The notes under the pieces are model-generated. The model was not told where the DNA came from and made no database searches. It worked only from the letters and a program-made list of their open reading frames with translations. From contig OZ024747.1 of assembly GCA_964016885.1 (NCBI GenBank), positions 13,702,001 through 13,766,000 on the forward strand: 64,000 nt of DNA, written 5' to 3'. Positions 23,559 through 36,018 of the stretch are shown piece after piece (the first letter of the stretch is position 1; each line of letters opens with the position of its first letter). This DNA comes from Eledone cirrhosa. Lineage: Eukaryota. Made by a program: the position numbers and the translations under genes.

Positions 23559-26480
23559 AGCAGCAGGGAATTCTAAAACCGCTGAAGCCTCTGTGCCAAA
23601 GAAAATCACAAATGAACATCTAAGACAATGCTCTTTCCATCAGTAGGATTTATTGTTTAAATTAAATTGGTTGCACACAAACCAATCAATCATTACTTGA
23701 GAAAATTTCAGTGTGATTTCCTCCAATGTCCTCTCTCTTCTTTAATGCTACAATGTCTGCTTTTAAATCTTTCTATCTCTTCTTTATCAATGACCTTCCA
23801 AGAAACAGCATCTTCCTAATCAATAATCCCTCCCTCTGTTACTGAAAGCCTATTCACAAGCCATTATCATGCTGTTTCTTTTCACTAATTTTTTCTATAA
23901 CAAACATTGCTCCTTGTGTTTCCTTTTATCTTCACTTAAGCCAATCTCATTTGTCTCTTTCTACCTCTCACTAACCTTACACCCTTACATATGCAGACAC
24001 CATTACACACACACACTATTCTAAACCTGTCCTCCCTTGAACACAATGGTAAAACTAAAATCAAAATAAGAAACCAAGCCAAAACAAACTTAACTCAAAC
24101 TAAATTACTGACATTATTTATAATCTTAAGGGCTTTGTGTCACACTACTTCAATTTTGTCACATTTATGATAATTTCTTTTTAAATTCCTGGTTGGAATT
24201 CCTGCTAATACCACTGAGAAAGCTATAAGTACCATGAAAACTCATTTCCACCTCTTATGCAATTCCAAAGTGTTGTATATGTAATAAACATATGAAATGG
24301 CATGAGGCAGTAATTAAGGCTTTTCTGGTTGGAACAATTTTAACTTTGAAAAGGAATGAACAACATCATATTTTTCCTTCTTACATTATGAATAAATAAT
24401 GGTTCCTAATTTTAGTACAAGGCCAGAAACTTTGGAGAGAAGAAAGTTGATTATATCAACCTCGTTCATGTAGAATACAGTGTTTGGTTGAGAAATACAA
24501 AATACTAACAGTATATTTAACTCATGGCCTGTGGGTTAGTAGTCCAATATCATAGCCACATGGTTATTCATCTAGCCTCTGCTGAATTAAAGTCTGTCCC
24601 AAGCTGGAGTTTATCCCAGTTTTGTTGGTATTAAACAATTGAAAGTACAAAACTCCTCTTAAACAGGAAGCCAGTCCAATGTAGAGTTAAGCCCTAGTGA
24701 TTGCTGCTACTCAATTTTCCCAGTTAAGTGAACTGGAGCAACATGAAAATGTCTTGCTGAAGAACATAATGTGCCACCTGGTCCAGGAATCAAATTTATG
24801 ACCTTATGATTGTAAGCCCAACATCCCAGCCAATTGGTTTCATGCCTTCCATTTTGTTTATTTCTAAACATTTTCAATCCAAGTCTGAGCACTGGATTTT
24901 GTAGCAAACCCTGAAGTTTGTTGTTGCTACTGAATCAATTCCTTTCAACATCTGCTCCAAAAAGGTTCCCCTATTGGTTTGGTCATACACTTTGTCACAC
25001 TCAAGGTGAATTCATCCACAATGCAGTCACACCAGAACCCCTTTTTGGATAGCATAAACAGTGAGGTGTACGGTTGAAAACTTGAAAGTCAAATCTTGAG
25101 TAAAAATCTGGTCTTCACACATGTGGTGTCTGTTGTTGGAATTCTAATTGGCTAATATTATCTGGCTGGCCTTCTGTCAAAAGTAGAAACAATTATCTGA
25201 TTGCTGTGCTTAGGCAGCCTCTGTGGATGCACTGGCTAGAGCTGGCCCGACCCATCCTAGGTGAATACCAACACAAATACAAGTAAGAAATAGTTATCAA
25301 GAAGGCATCATTGGAAGTGCTTTATTGGTGTTCAGTGTGAATGTAAGTTCAAGTTATGTTTGTATTTTTCTATTTGAATCCTGTTGGTTTTATTTTCCTT
25401 TTTGTGTCAGTTAGCAGCAAGATTTTTTCAGCTTTTTTTCTACTGCTGCCTAGGGCAGAGAACCTCCTCTACCAATTTATTCTACTTTCATTGCCCTAAA
25501 TATTTAATTAGTGTAGGACAAACAGGATGGTGGTGCAGTTTTACATATGGTCGTCAGATAAGAGTTGATTTAATAAATACTATTAACACTTGCCACACGC
25601 TGACACTTTAAAAACATACCAGCTTATATATACATCAATGTAAGAACACTTCTCACATTCCAATGCACCAGACATATACACCCACTTACTGTATATTTAA
25701 GGCATTCTTAAGAATTTTTTCTGTCACCTAGATTCCTTCCAATTTAAAAGTTGTCACTGTTTTGTTTATTTATACAAGGCAGCTCCCTACTAATCTAAGG
25801 GAACTGTGTTGAATTTGTTGACATAGGACCATCTTCTCCCATATTTTTCTCTTCCTATTACCCTATCAATTCTTTTTCTATGTAGGTTTTATATTTGTTT
25901 GAAAAGCTGAAAAATTGTTAATTCACGAATTCAACATTCTTTCTTCTTGTGATCTTCTATTTTTAAAAAAATCTTTTTTGTAACACCAAATCTCTTTCTC
26001 TACCATGGAAAGATTAGCCAGTTTCTCCATCTCAAAGTTCTATCACATGAATGAAATAAGACACTTTATGTTAATGTCTGTATAACTAGTTTTTCATTTA
26101 TTCATTCATTCCTTTATTCATTCTATGAGCAACATTCTGCCAGGGTGTTAAAGTTAAAGTTTGTTCCAATTCCAGAGGCTCATCAGCCCAGAGCTTATCC
26201 CAGTTTCCTTGGTATTAAGCAACCTAGAATATACCCCCCCTCCCCCTCACACACAATACACACCTGGACAGGATGCAAGTGGATTACAGGGTTAACCCCA
26301 AGCTGCTGCTGGTACTCATTTTCTGCTTAGTTGCCTGCAGCAATGTGAAATGAAGTATTTTTCTCAAGAACACAATGCACTATCCAGTCTAGGGATTAAA
26401 CCCATAACATTAGGATCACAAATCAAACACCCTAACTACAAGACTGTGCACATTTCATGTATATATATATATATATATAC

Positions 26481-26530
26481 ACACTTTTTAATCAATTTTT
26501 AGACTTAATTGGGCCCTCATCAGAAGGTGT
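26481..26530 (-). other. Decayed hammerhead motif adjacent to (TA)n
   Basis: Minus strand ACACCTT CTGATGA GGGC CCAATTAA GTCT AAAA ATTGATT AAAAAGTGT; GAAA box mutated to AAAA. Confidence 0.4.
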
Positions 26531-27347
26531 GTAACATCCAAACAGCCATAAGGAAACATGTATTTGATGGACTTATGTGCTCATTTGCTCTTAGTATTAT
26601 TCTGAAATGGACATACTAATTTGTATATAATTAGCACTCATGTTGGTAATTAGAATATATATTAAAAAAGTGCACTAGCAGCCGAGGTGTACAAATAAGT
26701 TATATCTGTATAAATATAGAGTGGATAACCATGACTACACCAATGTGTATATAAATATATACATATTTAATATGTAGGCATGTAAACATGCCAAATGCAT
26801 ATATATATTCCAACCATACCAGTATGGAAAAATATGGGACGTAAAAATGATATATTTGTGTAAATATGTATTCATGAAATCTTGCTGGAAGACTGTTTTC
26901 CTTTTGCAATTTGTGAAAATATGTTTGTCATAGTATTAGTCTTATGACTTGCCTCTCCCACACCACTATCCTATCACCACACCAGTCTGGCAACCATCAT
27001 CGCCACCTCTATTACATTACTACAAACTACCATCATGACTATAACTATTGCTACTGCTACCATAGCCACTACTGGCACTACTTATCAATACTACTTGTGT
27101 ATTTAACTTCATTCATCACCCCCACCATCATCCTCATATTAACCAACTGGCACTGTTGCCATCACTACTCTACCACAATGAAAATAGAATTGAGTGTTAA
27201 GAAATATATTTATTTGCATTTTATTCAAAGTTAATATAAATTTACTATATCCCTTTGAGACACAAAACATAAACAACACATTCACCACCACCTGCTGCCA
27301 TCCACTACCAAAATGGCTATTGTCAACAACCCCTTTCACATCAATAT

Positions 27348-27537
27348 TTAACCCTTTCATTTCTATATTTTTAACTAATTAATGTACAATTTGGAAAGAC
27401 TGTATTCCATTATTAAGATGAATTTGTAACATAAAAGGTTCTTGTATAAAATTTTCATGAAAATTTTCATTTAAATAGAGATCATTGTTTCATAGAACCA
27501 GAGGGGTTTTTGAACAGGTTGGTATCAAAAGGGTTAA
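27348..27537. mobile_element. piggyBac/Kolobok-type TTAA-flanked MITE, family 1
   Basis: TTAA-CCCTTT ... AAAGGG-TTAA. Further copies at ~30975-31172, 31587-31830, 36420-36645, 36960-37224, 37500-37743, 43032-43248, 48289-48542, 54260-54452, 55955-56205, 62300-62805. Confidence 0.8.
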
Positions 27538-28126
27538 AGAACATATAACAATGTTATATTAAAAGAAAGGAACGGAGCTAATTAGTAGATCAGACTAAGG
27601 AATCAATGTTTCTATTGGTCTTTCCATTGTTGATCTATCTGCTTGTTGTCACTCCTAGCAGAAGTGGATGAGATTTGAACTCAAAATACACAAAACCAGA
27701 TTAAATACTGTAAAGTACTGCATGTGACTCTTTAACAAAATTCACTGATTCATTTCCACTGGACTGATACTTTATCGACCTCAAAAGGGTGAAAGGCGAA
27801 GTTGACCTCTATGGAATTTGAACTTAGAGTACAGTGAGCTGGATCAAATACTGAGGCATTTAAGCTGACACCTTAACGTCTGTGTCAATTTACCACCTTA
27901 AATAATTTCTAATTTAGACACAAAGCCAGTAAATTAGTGGGAAGGACACATTCGAATAAATCCACCCAGTACTTTACTGGTAGTTTATTTTATCAAATCC
28001 AGAAGGATAAAAGGCAAAGTTGACCAGAGCAGGATTTAAACTCAGTGTAAAAATGGAGTACAAATACCACAATGGCATTTTACTTGATACTCTACCAATT
28101 CTGCCAATCCACCACCCTTTGCTGCC

Positions 28127-28354
28127 TTAACCCTTTAGCATTCACATTATTTTATATATACTATTATATTTTAATGGTAAAGGCTTAACCTCACATAATT
28201 ATCTCACATAATATCGAATCTATGAGATTTTGAAAGTATTTATTTTGAGAACAATACCTTAACATAAGTTTGAGCGACCAGTTACAGCCAGTTTCAACAG
28301 AAAGAGGTAGAGAATTCTGGCCGGTTTTGGGCGGTTTGAACACTAAAGGGTTAA
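28127..28354. mobile_element. TTAA-flanked MITE, family 2
   Basis: TTAA-CCCTTTAGCATTCA ... TGAACACTAAAGGG-TTAA (12/14 TIR); body differs from family 1. Confidence 0.8.
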
Positions 28355-28494
28355 ATATTAAAAGAACAACAATTCTAATACTAAGAATAACCTCCAATCT
28401 ATCTTAGTGTTATCAACATAGTTATTTACATAATTATGAACAACTTGGAACAACATCAACTCTATCAACTTTGTAACTGTATAATAAACAGAAA

Positions 28495-28745
28495 TATCAC
28501 CACTATCACTACCAACACCACAACTGTCACAACCAATATCACCACTACTACAACCAATACCACCACTGTCACAACCAATATCACCACTACTACAACCAAC
28601 ACCACCACTGTCACAACCAATATCACCACTGTCACAACCAATATCACCACTGTCACAACCAATATCACCACTGTCACAACCAACACCACCATTGTCACAA
28701 CCAATATCACCACTACTACAACCAACACCACCATTGCCAGCACCA
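28495..28745. repeat. 21-bp minisatellite (ACCACTGTCACAACCAATATC variants)
   Basis: About 11 tandem units; produces the Thr-rich ORF 28436-28834. Confidence 0.9.
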
Positions 28746-29737
28746 CAAACACAAATGTTGCCACCATCTCTATCACCACCATCACTATCACCACCATCAC
28801 TGACACCCTACCATCTCCCACTGCACCCACATGAAAACATCAATTTACTTGATATTTCATTAATACATTTTCAAAACTGATCACCCGTAGGGGAAATTAT
28901 TTTTGTCTTAATGTTGATTACAGTTTACATAAAGTCCTATTTTAGGGATGTGTGTTCTTCTTCCTGTTTACTTCTCACTTCAGTTCACCCCTCATTTCCT
29001 TTTACTTTTCCTCTCTGACTCTCTCTCATCTTGCTACTACCATTTCTCTTTATCTCCCCTCCTATATCTTTCATTCGTCTCTCTGTCTTTCCCTCCAGTC
29101 CCCTCTCCCCATCTTACTCTCTCTCTCATGTCACCGTTTGTTCATACTTCTGTTTATAATTTTCTCTCCCTTTTTCTTGACTTTTTATTGTTCTGTTTTA
29201 CTTGCTGTTTTAACATTTGAAGGCAATTACTATGGATTTATTTATACACCAGTGTATCATAATACCCTTATTCAAAGGAGAAGAGTGTAGTTAATAAAAT
29301 TAACCCAGTGTGTTACTGGCATTTTCTCTATTGTCATTGGATGCAAGGTTGACCTCTAAATTTGGAGATGTCCAACAACTGCCTACCATCTGTACTGAGA
29401 ATGCACTATAACTGAATGGCCAATCATATGATCCTGGGTTTGATCTCACTGTAAGGCATCTTGGGCAAATGTTATTTGTCATAGCCAGGTTGGCTCAAGC
29501 CTTGTGAGTGAAATTGACCAGGCCTGTCATAAACTGTGTCATGCTGAATCTCTATGAAAATTACATTGAGTAAATGTATTTGTAGAATGCTCAGTCACTT
29601 GCATGTTAATTTCATGAGTAGGCTGTTCTGTTGATCGAATAACTTAAACATTGTTAGAACTGATGGATGTTCATTCCATTCCATTATCTGTGCAAATGTT
29701 ATCACTACTACTGTTATTGCTGATGTTGTTGTTATTG

Positions 29738-30105
29738 AGGGCGGTGGATTGACCGTATCAGTAGAGCATCAGACACCATGCTTTGCAGCATAGTTACGGT
29801 CTGAGTTCAAATCCCGCCGCGGTTAAATTTGCTGTTCATCCTTACGGGGTCAATAAAATAAAGCACCAGTAATGTATTGGGACTGATTTAATTGACTTTC
29901 CCCTCCCCCAAAATTGCTGGCCTTGTGCCTATACTAGAAATCATTATTATTATATTAACCTCGGCGGGATTTGAACTGTATGGTCTGAGTTCAAATCCCG
30001 CCGAGGTTAACTTTGCCTTTCATCCTTCTGGGGTCGATAGAATAAAGTACCAGTAATGCATTGGGTAATTGCTGGCCTTGTGCCAAAAGTAGAAACAATT
30101 ATTAT
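29738..30105 (+). mobile_element. Two tandem family-A SINEs, the second 5'-truncated with an inverted 5' segment
   Basis: Full copy 29738-29952, then a 23-bp inverted repeat (29955-29977 / 29988-30010) leading into a truncated copy. Confidence 0.85.
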
Positions 30106-30693
30106 TATATTTATTTCGATCCTTTCTACTTGATATAAACCCCACTTTGTGTTGTAATTCATCCTCATATTGACCCCCAACATCATGGGTCCTTGTGGCA
30201 GAAATCATTACTATTATTATTATAGCAGCTTCGATTCTATCTAGAACAATTACGATTAAAATCAAGAATCAGAAATCTATAAAGTGTTTTCTGTCTGAAG
30301 TATTCTTACAGGCTCGAGGGGAAAGCTTTTTCCTTTTCCAGTAATTAAGAGCTATACTGTGAATACAAACAAACAAGTAATAATAATGATTTCTTACATT
30401 GGAACAAGGCCACATGATTGTAGAAGATGTGGTGTAGTTGAAATAATTGTTCTCCTTATATTACTATTGTGAAGGAGGATAATGGATCGTTAGAGCATTG
30501 AATGAAATGCTTTTTGGTATATGCTCCAGCTCTTTACATTCTGAGTTCAATTCCTGTCGAAGTCAACTTTGTCTTTCATCCTTCTGTGATTGATAAAGTA
30601 CCAGTCACATATTGGAGACAATGTAATAGACTTCCTCCTCCGACAAATTGCTGTCCTTATGTCTTAATTTGAAACCATTATTATTAACCCTTG

Positions 30694-30878
30694 GGGCGGT
30701 GATTTGGCAGTATCGGTAGAGGGTCGGACGCCATGCTTTGACGCATAGTTACCTCCCTTTATGATCTGAGTTCAAATCCCGCCGAGGTTAACTTTGCCTT
30801 TCATCCTTACGGGGTCGATAAAATAAAGTACCAGTAATGTACTGGGAAATTGCTGGCCTTGTGCCAAAAGTAGAAACA
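30694..30878 (+). mobile_element. Young family-A SINE with target-site duplication
   Basis: A-box TGGCAGTATCGG, B-box GAGTTCAAATCCC, CpGs intact. Flanked by ATTATTATTAACCCTTG at 30677-30693 and 30879-30895. Confidence 0.92.
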
Positions 30879-32309
30879 ATTATTATTAACCCTTGAGGAT
30901 TAAAAGGGAAAATCAATCTCTGCAAAATTCTGAGTTCAAATTTTGAGTTTAAAAAAGAAAATTAATACAGCCCATTAACCTTTTTGTGACCAATATTTCT
31001 AATAAACACTTTTGAAAATAATCAAGAATTTAGAAGTATCTATTAATATAACTTAATCTGGTCCTTACATAAAATTATAATGGAAAGTTTTCAGATAAAT
31101 ATAAATACTTTAAATAAACAGCTTTGTATCATAGAACAAGGGGTGCTTTCAGATGGTTTGATATCAAGCATTAAGGTTTGAATTCAGAATGTAAAGGGGT
31201 TCTTTCAATTTTCCATTTTTTCCATGAACCTTAAGCTGTATGTCTATATCATTTATACTGATTATTGAAAAGTTGTTTAGCTATAGGTCAGCTCTGGTCA
31301 AGCAGACTTATGATCAAATAATTAAACAGTGACCGCCTCATCTCTTTAGGGATATCTAGAACATTATCTAATTTGACCTATCCTTTTAAGACAAGGTGTT
31401 ATTTATGTAATATTTAATTGCTATTTCTAGCAGGTTGAACAACCATGTAGATGCTCCCTAATTGGTTTATTGGTTTAGTAGAAATGGTAGTGTCAAACTA
31501 AATGCTTTAAATGGTGATTGATGTTCTTGAGTAATTATAGCCAGTAGTCAGTTTTGTTAGAATTGACCTAAAGCAGAGATATAAATTTAACTCTTTTCAT
31601 ACTAATCTGCCCCCAAATACTTCTGGGTCTATGAAACAAAACCATTCGTTCTAAAAGGTTTCTATTTGAATTAAAATCTTCGAACATAATTTAACATAAG
31701 AACATTTTATTAAGTTACAAATGCCATCTTGATAATGAACTAATTAATTTTTAGTAAATTCCTCCACATTTTTCATTAATTAATTAAAATTCAGAATATA
31801 TTAGTAGAAATACAATAATGAAAGGGTTAAATATTTATGCATAGCACATTCATTGCTTCAGTTAAATGATACACTATGGCATGGTAGTAACAAATCATAT
31901 GTTAGTGATATGAATTGGGGTATTTGAGAATCCCAGCATGATATCATACTAAATAGCAAGAGCAAGGAGAGCTAGAAGAAATACAGCAAACATTCTATTC
32001 ATCATTCTAACGACTTTGTCAATTCACTGCCTTATGAATATATATAATGCCAAATTCTACTCTGATATTTTGATATTGTGCTAAGCTAGTGCTCTATGTC
32101 AAGTGTCAGGCTTTAGTCATGTAAATGTTATTAGTGTAAGTGTTATCTTTGTTGTTATCGCTATCATTGCTGATTGAAATAGCCAGTGACTTTGTGGATT
32201 TTGTTGGTGTTTTTAATTAACATTTTATCACTTTTCATCTCTCCCTTTTTCAGAATTAGCAATTATCATCTTCCTCCTTGAAAATAACAATAAAACAATA
32301 TCATACCCT

Positions 32310-32860
32310 CCCCCATCCTTACGGGATTGATAAAATAAAGCACCAGTAATGCACTGGGGTTGATTTAATTGATTTTCCCCTCCCCCCAAATTGTTTGCCT
32401 TGTGCCTAAATCAGAAACCATTATTATTATTATTAGTATTGAATTTGCAGCATATATTACATCCCTTTAAGTTCTGAGTTCAAATTCTGCTGCAATTAAC
32501 TTTGCCTTTCATCCTTAGAGGTTGAATAAAATAGAGTACCAGTAACGCACTGGCATCAATTTAATTGATTTCCCCGCCCCCTAAATTGATGGGTTTGTGC
32601 CTACATCAGAAACCATTATTATTATTATTGAATTTGTGGATGGTGGATTGGCAGATTCATTAGTATGTTGGACAAAAATCCTTTGTAGCATTTAGTTATG
32701 GCCTTTTATGTTCTGAGTTGAAATCTTTTGAGGTCAACTTGGCCTTTCATTCTTCTGAGGTGGATAAGACATAACACCAGTCAATTACTTGGATCAATAT
32801 AATCAACTTTCCCTTCCTCTATTTTACTAGCCTTGTGCCAAAATTAGGAATCACTATTAT
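32310..32860 (+). mobile_element. Three tandem, partly decayed family-A SINEs
   Basis: Repeated CATCCTT..GATAAAATAAAG.ACCAG..CCTTGTGCC..AGAAACC(ATT)n blocks. Confidence 0.8.
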
Positions 32861-33674
32861 TGAATGTTGAAATAAACAGGCGTCACATATATTGTGCTGG
32901 TGTAAATGCAAGTATTGATATGTTAACATATTGGTGTGTACAGATTATTAGGTAACATATTGATAATCAACTACTAATTAATCCAATAGTTGGGTAGTTG
33001 TTATGTTGTGTAGTATATATACTTGCTGTGACTTGTTTGATAGTGACTATTAAATGTTTTTAGTGGGGTGTTATTAAATTATATATAATTGAAATTGAGT
33101 ATGTTTTGGGTTACGATATTGTAATGCAGATATGTGGCTTAGTTGTCAGGGTGTTGGACCCACAATCATAAGGTCATAGGTTTGATTCTGGTACTGAGTA
33201 GTGTGTTATGTCATTGAGCAAGACCCTTCATTTCACATTGTTCCTGCCTACACAGCTGAAAAAAATAACTACCAGAAGCAGCAGCTGGGAGTTAAGTCTT
33301 GCGATGAACTGGTGTCCAACTTAGTAGGGGTAGTTTTTTTTTCATGATAGAACTGGGTCCTTTATCATTAAAGCATCTGAGAAACCTATGAGAAACAACC
33401 TTGTAGAAAGTCAGTTAAACCTACATAGGTGTGAGCTGTAACAACAACAGTATTTTAATGTATATTTGATTAATCTTGTCTTAATTAGAGAAATAATTTG
33501 TTTTCTTATATGCTTATTGATTTCTGCTAATGATTGAATCTGGTGAGCTTTGGTGGTGGTGTTGGGTATTGTGACTGTTTCAATGGCTGTAATCAATGTT
33601 TAGATGGTGGTTGACTGGTTGTTATGGTGATATTTGTTGCTATGGCCAGTTTATTTATGTATCGCTATTGCAGT

Positions 33675-34000
33675 AGTATGGCTCAATGGTTAAGAAGTTA
33701 GTTTCATAATCATAAGGTCCCAGGTTTGATCTCACTGCATGGCATCTTGGGCAAGTATCATTTACCACAGTTTTGAGTTGACCCAAGCCTTGTGAGTTAG
33801 TTTGAGTAGATGGAAACTGTTTTGAAAGCCAATCAGATGTATTGAACTTGTAATTGTCACACATCATCAGGCTACATCATCTTGAGAACTATGTTAAGGG
33901 TTTATATGTCTGTGCCACTTACATATTAATTTCATGAGCTGGCTGTTTCATTGATTGAACAACTGGAACACTCATCATCGAAGCCAACTGAGGTCCATTC
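33675..34000 (+). mobile_element. tRNA-derived SINE, family C (CORE-like CTTGGGCAAGT box)
   Basis: TGGCTCAATGGTTAAG..GGTTTGATCTCACTG..CATCTTGGGCAAGT..CAAGCCTTGTGAGT..GTAGATGGAAACTG. Other copies at ~29420-29680, 38150-38470, 44200-44525(-), 49665-49960, 60760-60900. Confidence 0.75.
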
Positions 34001-34599
34001 CATTTTATTAACGAAAATGTTTACCTTTTTCAGAAATGAAGTCTCATCTCTAGGAGTCGTTTGTTTTCTCATGGAGCATGAAGGATCTACTGTAAACAGT
34101 TCATTTACATTGTGTGTGTGTGTGTGTGTGTGTGAATGTACTTGTGGAGGTTAAGGTGCTGGGCTCATGGTCATGAGGTTGTGAGTTCAATTCCTGGACC
34201 AGGTGGTACGTTTTGTCCTTGAACAAGACTATATTTCATGTTGCTTCATTTCACTCAGCTAGCAAAAATGAGTTGCACCTGTAATTCAAGGAGGGCAGCT
34301 TTGTCACACATTATGTCAAGCTGAATCTCCCTGAGAACTATATTAAAAATGAACGTGTCAGTGGAATGCTCAGCCACTTCATTAATTTCACAAGCAGGCA
34401 GTTTCATTGTATGAATCAACAGGTATACTTGTTGGAAAGTGCACATTGTAGAAATGAACATTTTGATGCAGGGGTTTATTAAATTATTTCAAGGGTTCCA
34501 CAGGGTTAAACAGGTTGAGAAATACTGTTCTAGATAGTGTTAATATTCTAGAACATTTTAGAGCGTTGATAGTATTCTAGTTTACTAGAGAGTGTTAGA

Positions 34600-34776
34600 A
34601 ATAATTGTTTCTACTTTTGGCACAAGGCCAGCAATTACCCAGTGCATTACTGGTACTTTATTTTAGCGACCCCGTAAGGATGAAAGGCAAAGTTAACCTC
34701 GGCGGGATTTGAACTCAGATCGTAAAGGGACGTAACTACGCTGGAAAGCATGTCCGACCCTCTACCGATATTGCCA
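34600..34776 (-). mobile_element. Young family-A SINE
   Basis: Near-identical reverse complement of 30694-30878 and 41230-41420. Confidence 0.9.
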
Positions 34777-35190
34777 TGATCTGTAGCATTCTACTGTTTA
34801 AATTTATGATATCCTTAAAAATTATATATAGAAAATATGTGGCATCAAAAGAGGACATGCAATCTTCCAAACATTAATATGCTACTTAACAGAATATCAA
34901 AGGTTGGCATATTTATTAAATTAGTTCTTCTTGTAGATCTAATTAAACTATCATTTGCTTGTTGAGTGAAATGCTTGGAATACAACTTGGAATAGTGTGT
35001 ATGAAGTAGAGAGAGAGAGGTGCTATAGAGAAGGAGGTAGAGAGAAAGTGAGAACATGTATGTTTGTCTTCTTGCAGTAAAGGAGTGTTTCTTGTAGGCT
35101 TGTCATGGGTTTGTGGTATACAGAGTTGCCAGATCAATTTCATAAAGAAGTATCCCAAAATTTTGCTTATAAATTTTGTGTGTATGTATG

Positions 35191-35251
<61 letters not shown>

Positions 35252-35749
35252 TGTGTGTGTTTATATATATAGTCATTATTGCTTAGTGTCTATTTTTTTA
35301 CACTTGCATATACACATATATGTATATATGTATGTATTTCAGGATTGACTGTAGCTTGGTTCTCATTTAATATGATATTTTCTAGGATTCTTATCTTTAA
35401 AAATTAAAATTTTGAAGCAATAAGTAGCCCAAATATGTCCTGAAAAATAGTGTAATCCACTACTTATAACCTGATTTCGCAACCTTTCATGGGTGTGCCT
35501 ATGCTCCTCTAGTTAAGCAACAAAAATATAGACTGTTAACACTTAGATTTAGTAGACTTTAAAAATATATATACACACTTCTGTATCTGTTCGCAGTAAT
35601 TCCAACAAGGCATATTTGTAAATGAAGGCCTCTTTCAGGAGAGCAAAAAAGTACACAGTCCATCCTGTTAGGTAGTCGTGCTGGTGACTAATCGACCCTG
35701 TAATGTGTTTGTGTTGGTAATATTATCAAAAAACTACCTAATTCACCCT

Positions 35750-36018
35750 GTTTTGGTGCCACAATAAAAAGCACCCAGTCCATACTTCAAGGTTAGGAAA
35801 GGCATTCAGCCATAGAAACCATGGCAAAATACAGGTCTGTATGAGCAAGATGTGCTCCCCTGACCTGTCTTGTCTCATAATGTGAGACAACTCAGCCATA
35901 TGACTGCAATAGTGATACATAAATAAACTGAAACTAACACAGAAAACAGCCATGGTCACACCAACATCTAACCCATGCAAGCGTGGAAAATGGATGCTAA
36001 ACGATGATAATGATGATA
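35750..36018 (+). mobile_element. Non-autonomous RTE-tailed element
   Basis: GGTGCCAC..AAAAAGCACCCAG, GGTTAGGAAAGGCATTCAGC box, CTAACCCATGCAAGCGTGGAAAATGGATG..(GAT)n. Related pieces at ~44740-44990(-), 46140-46400(-), 49090-49150, 55385-55560(-), 61080-61146, 62020-62080, 63385-63453. Confidence 0.75.

Noticed and set aside
28436-28834. Thr-rich mucin-like ORF (132 aa)
   Set aside because: Explained by a 21-bp minisatellite, also open on the opposite strand; no signal peptide or convincing splice sites.
34021-34110. Acceptor-like TTTTTCAG followed by NEV.. as candidate exon 2 (also 50360, 57130, 59530)
   Set aside because: Translations in the required phase show no similarity to the syntaxin-6 Habc region.
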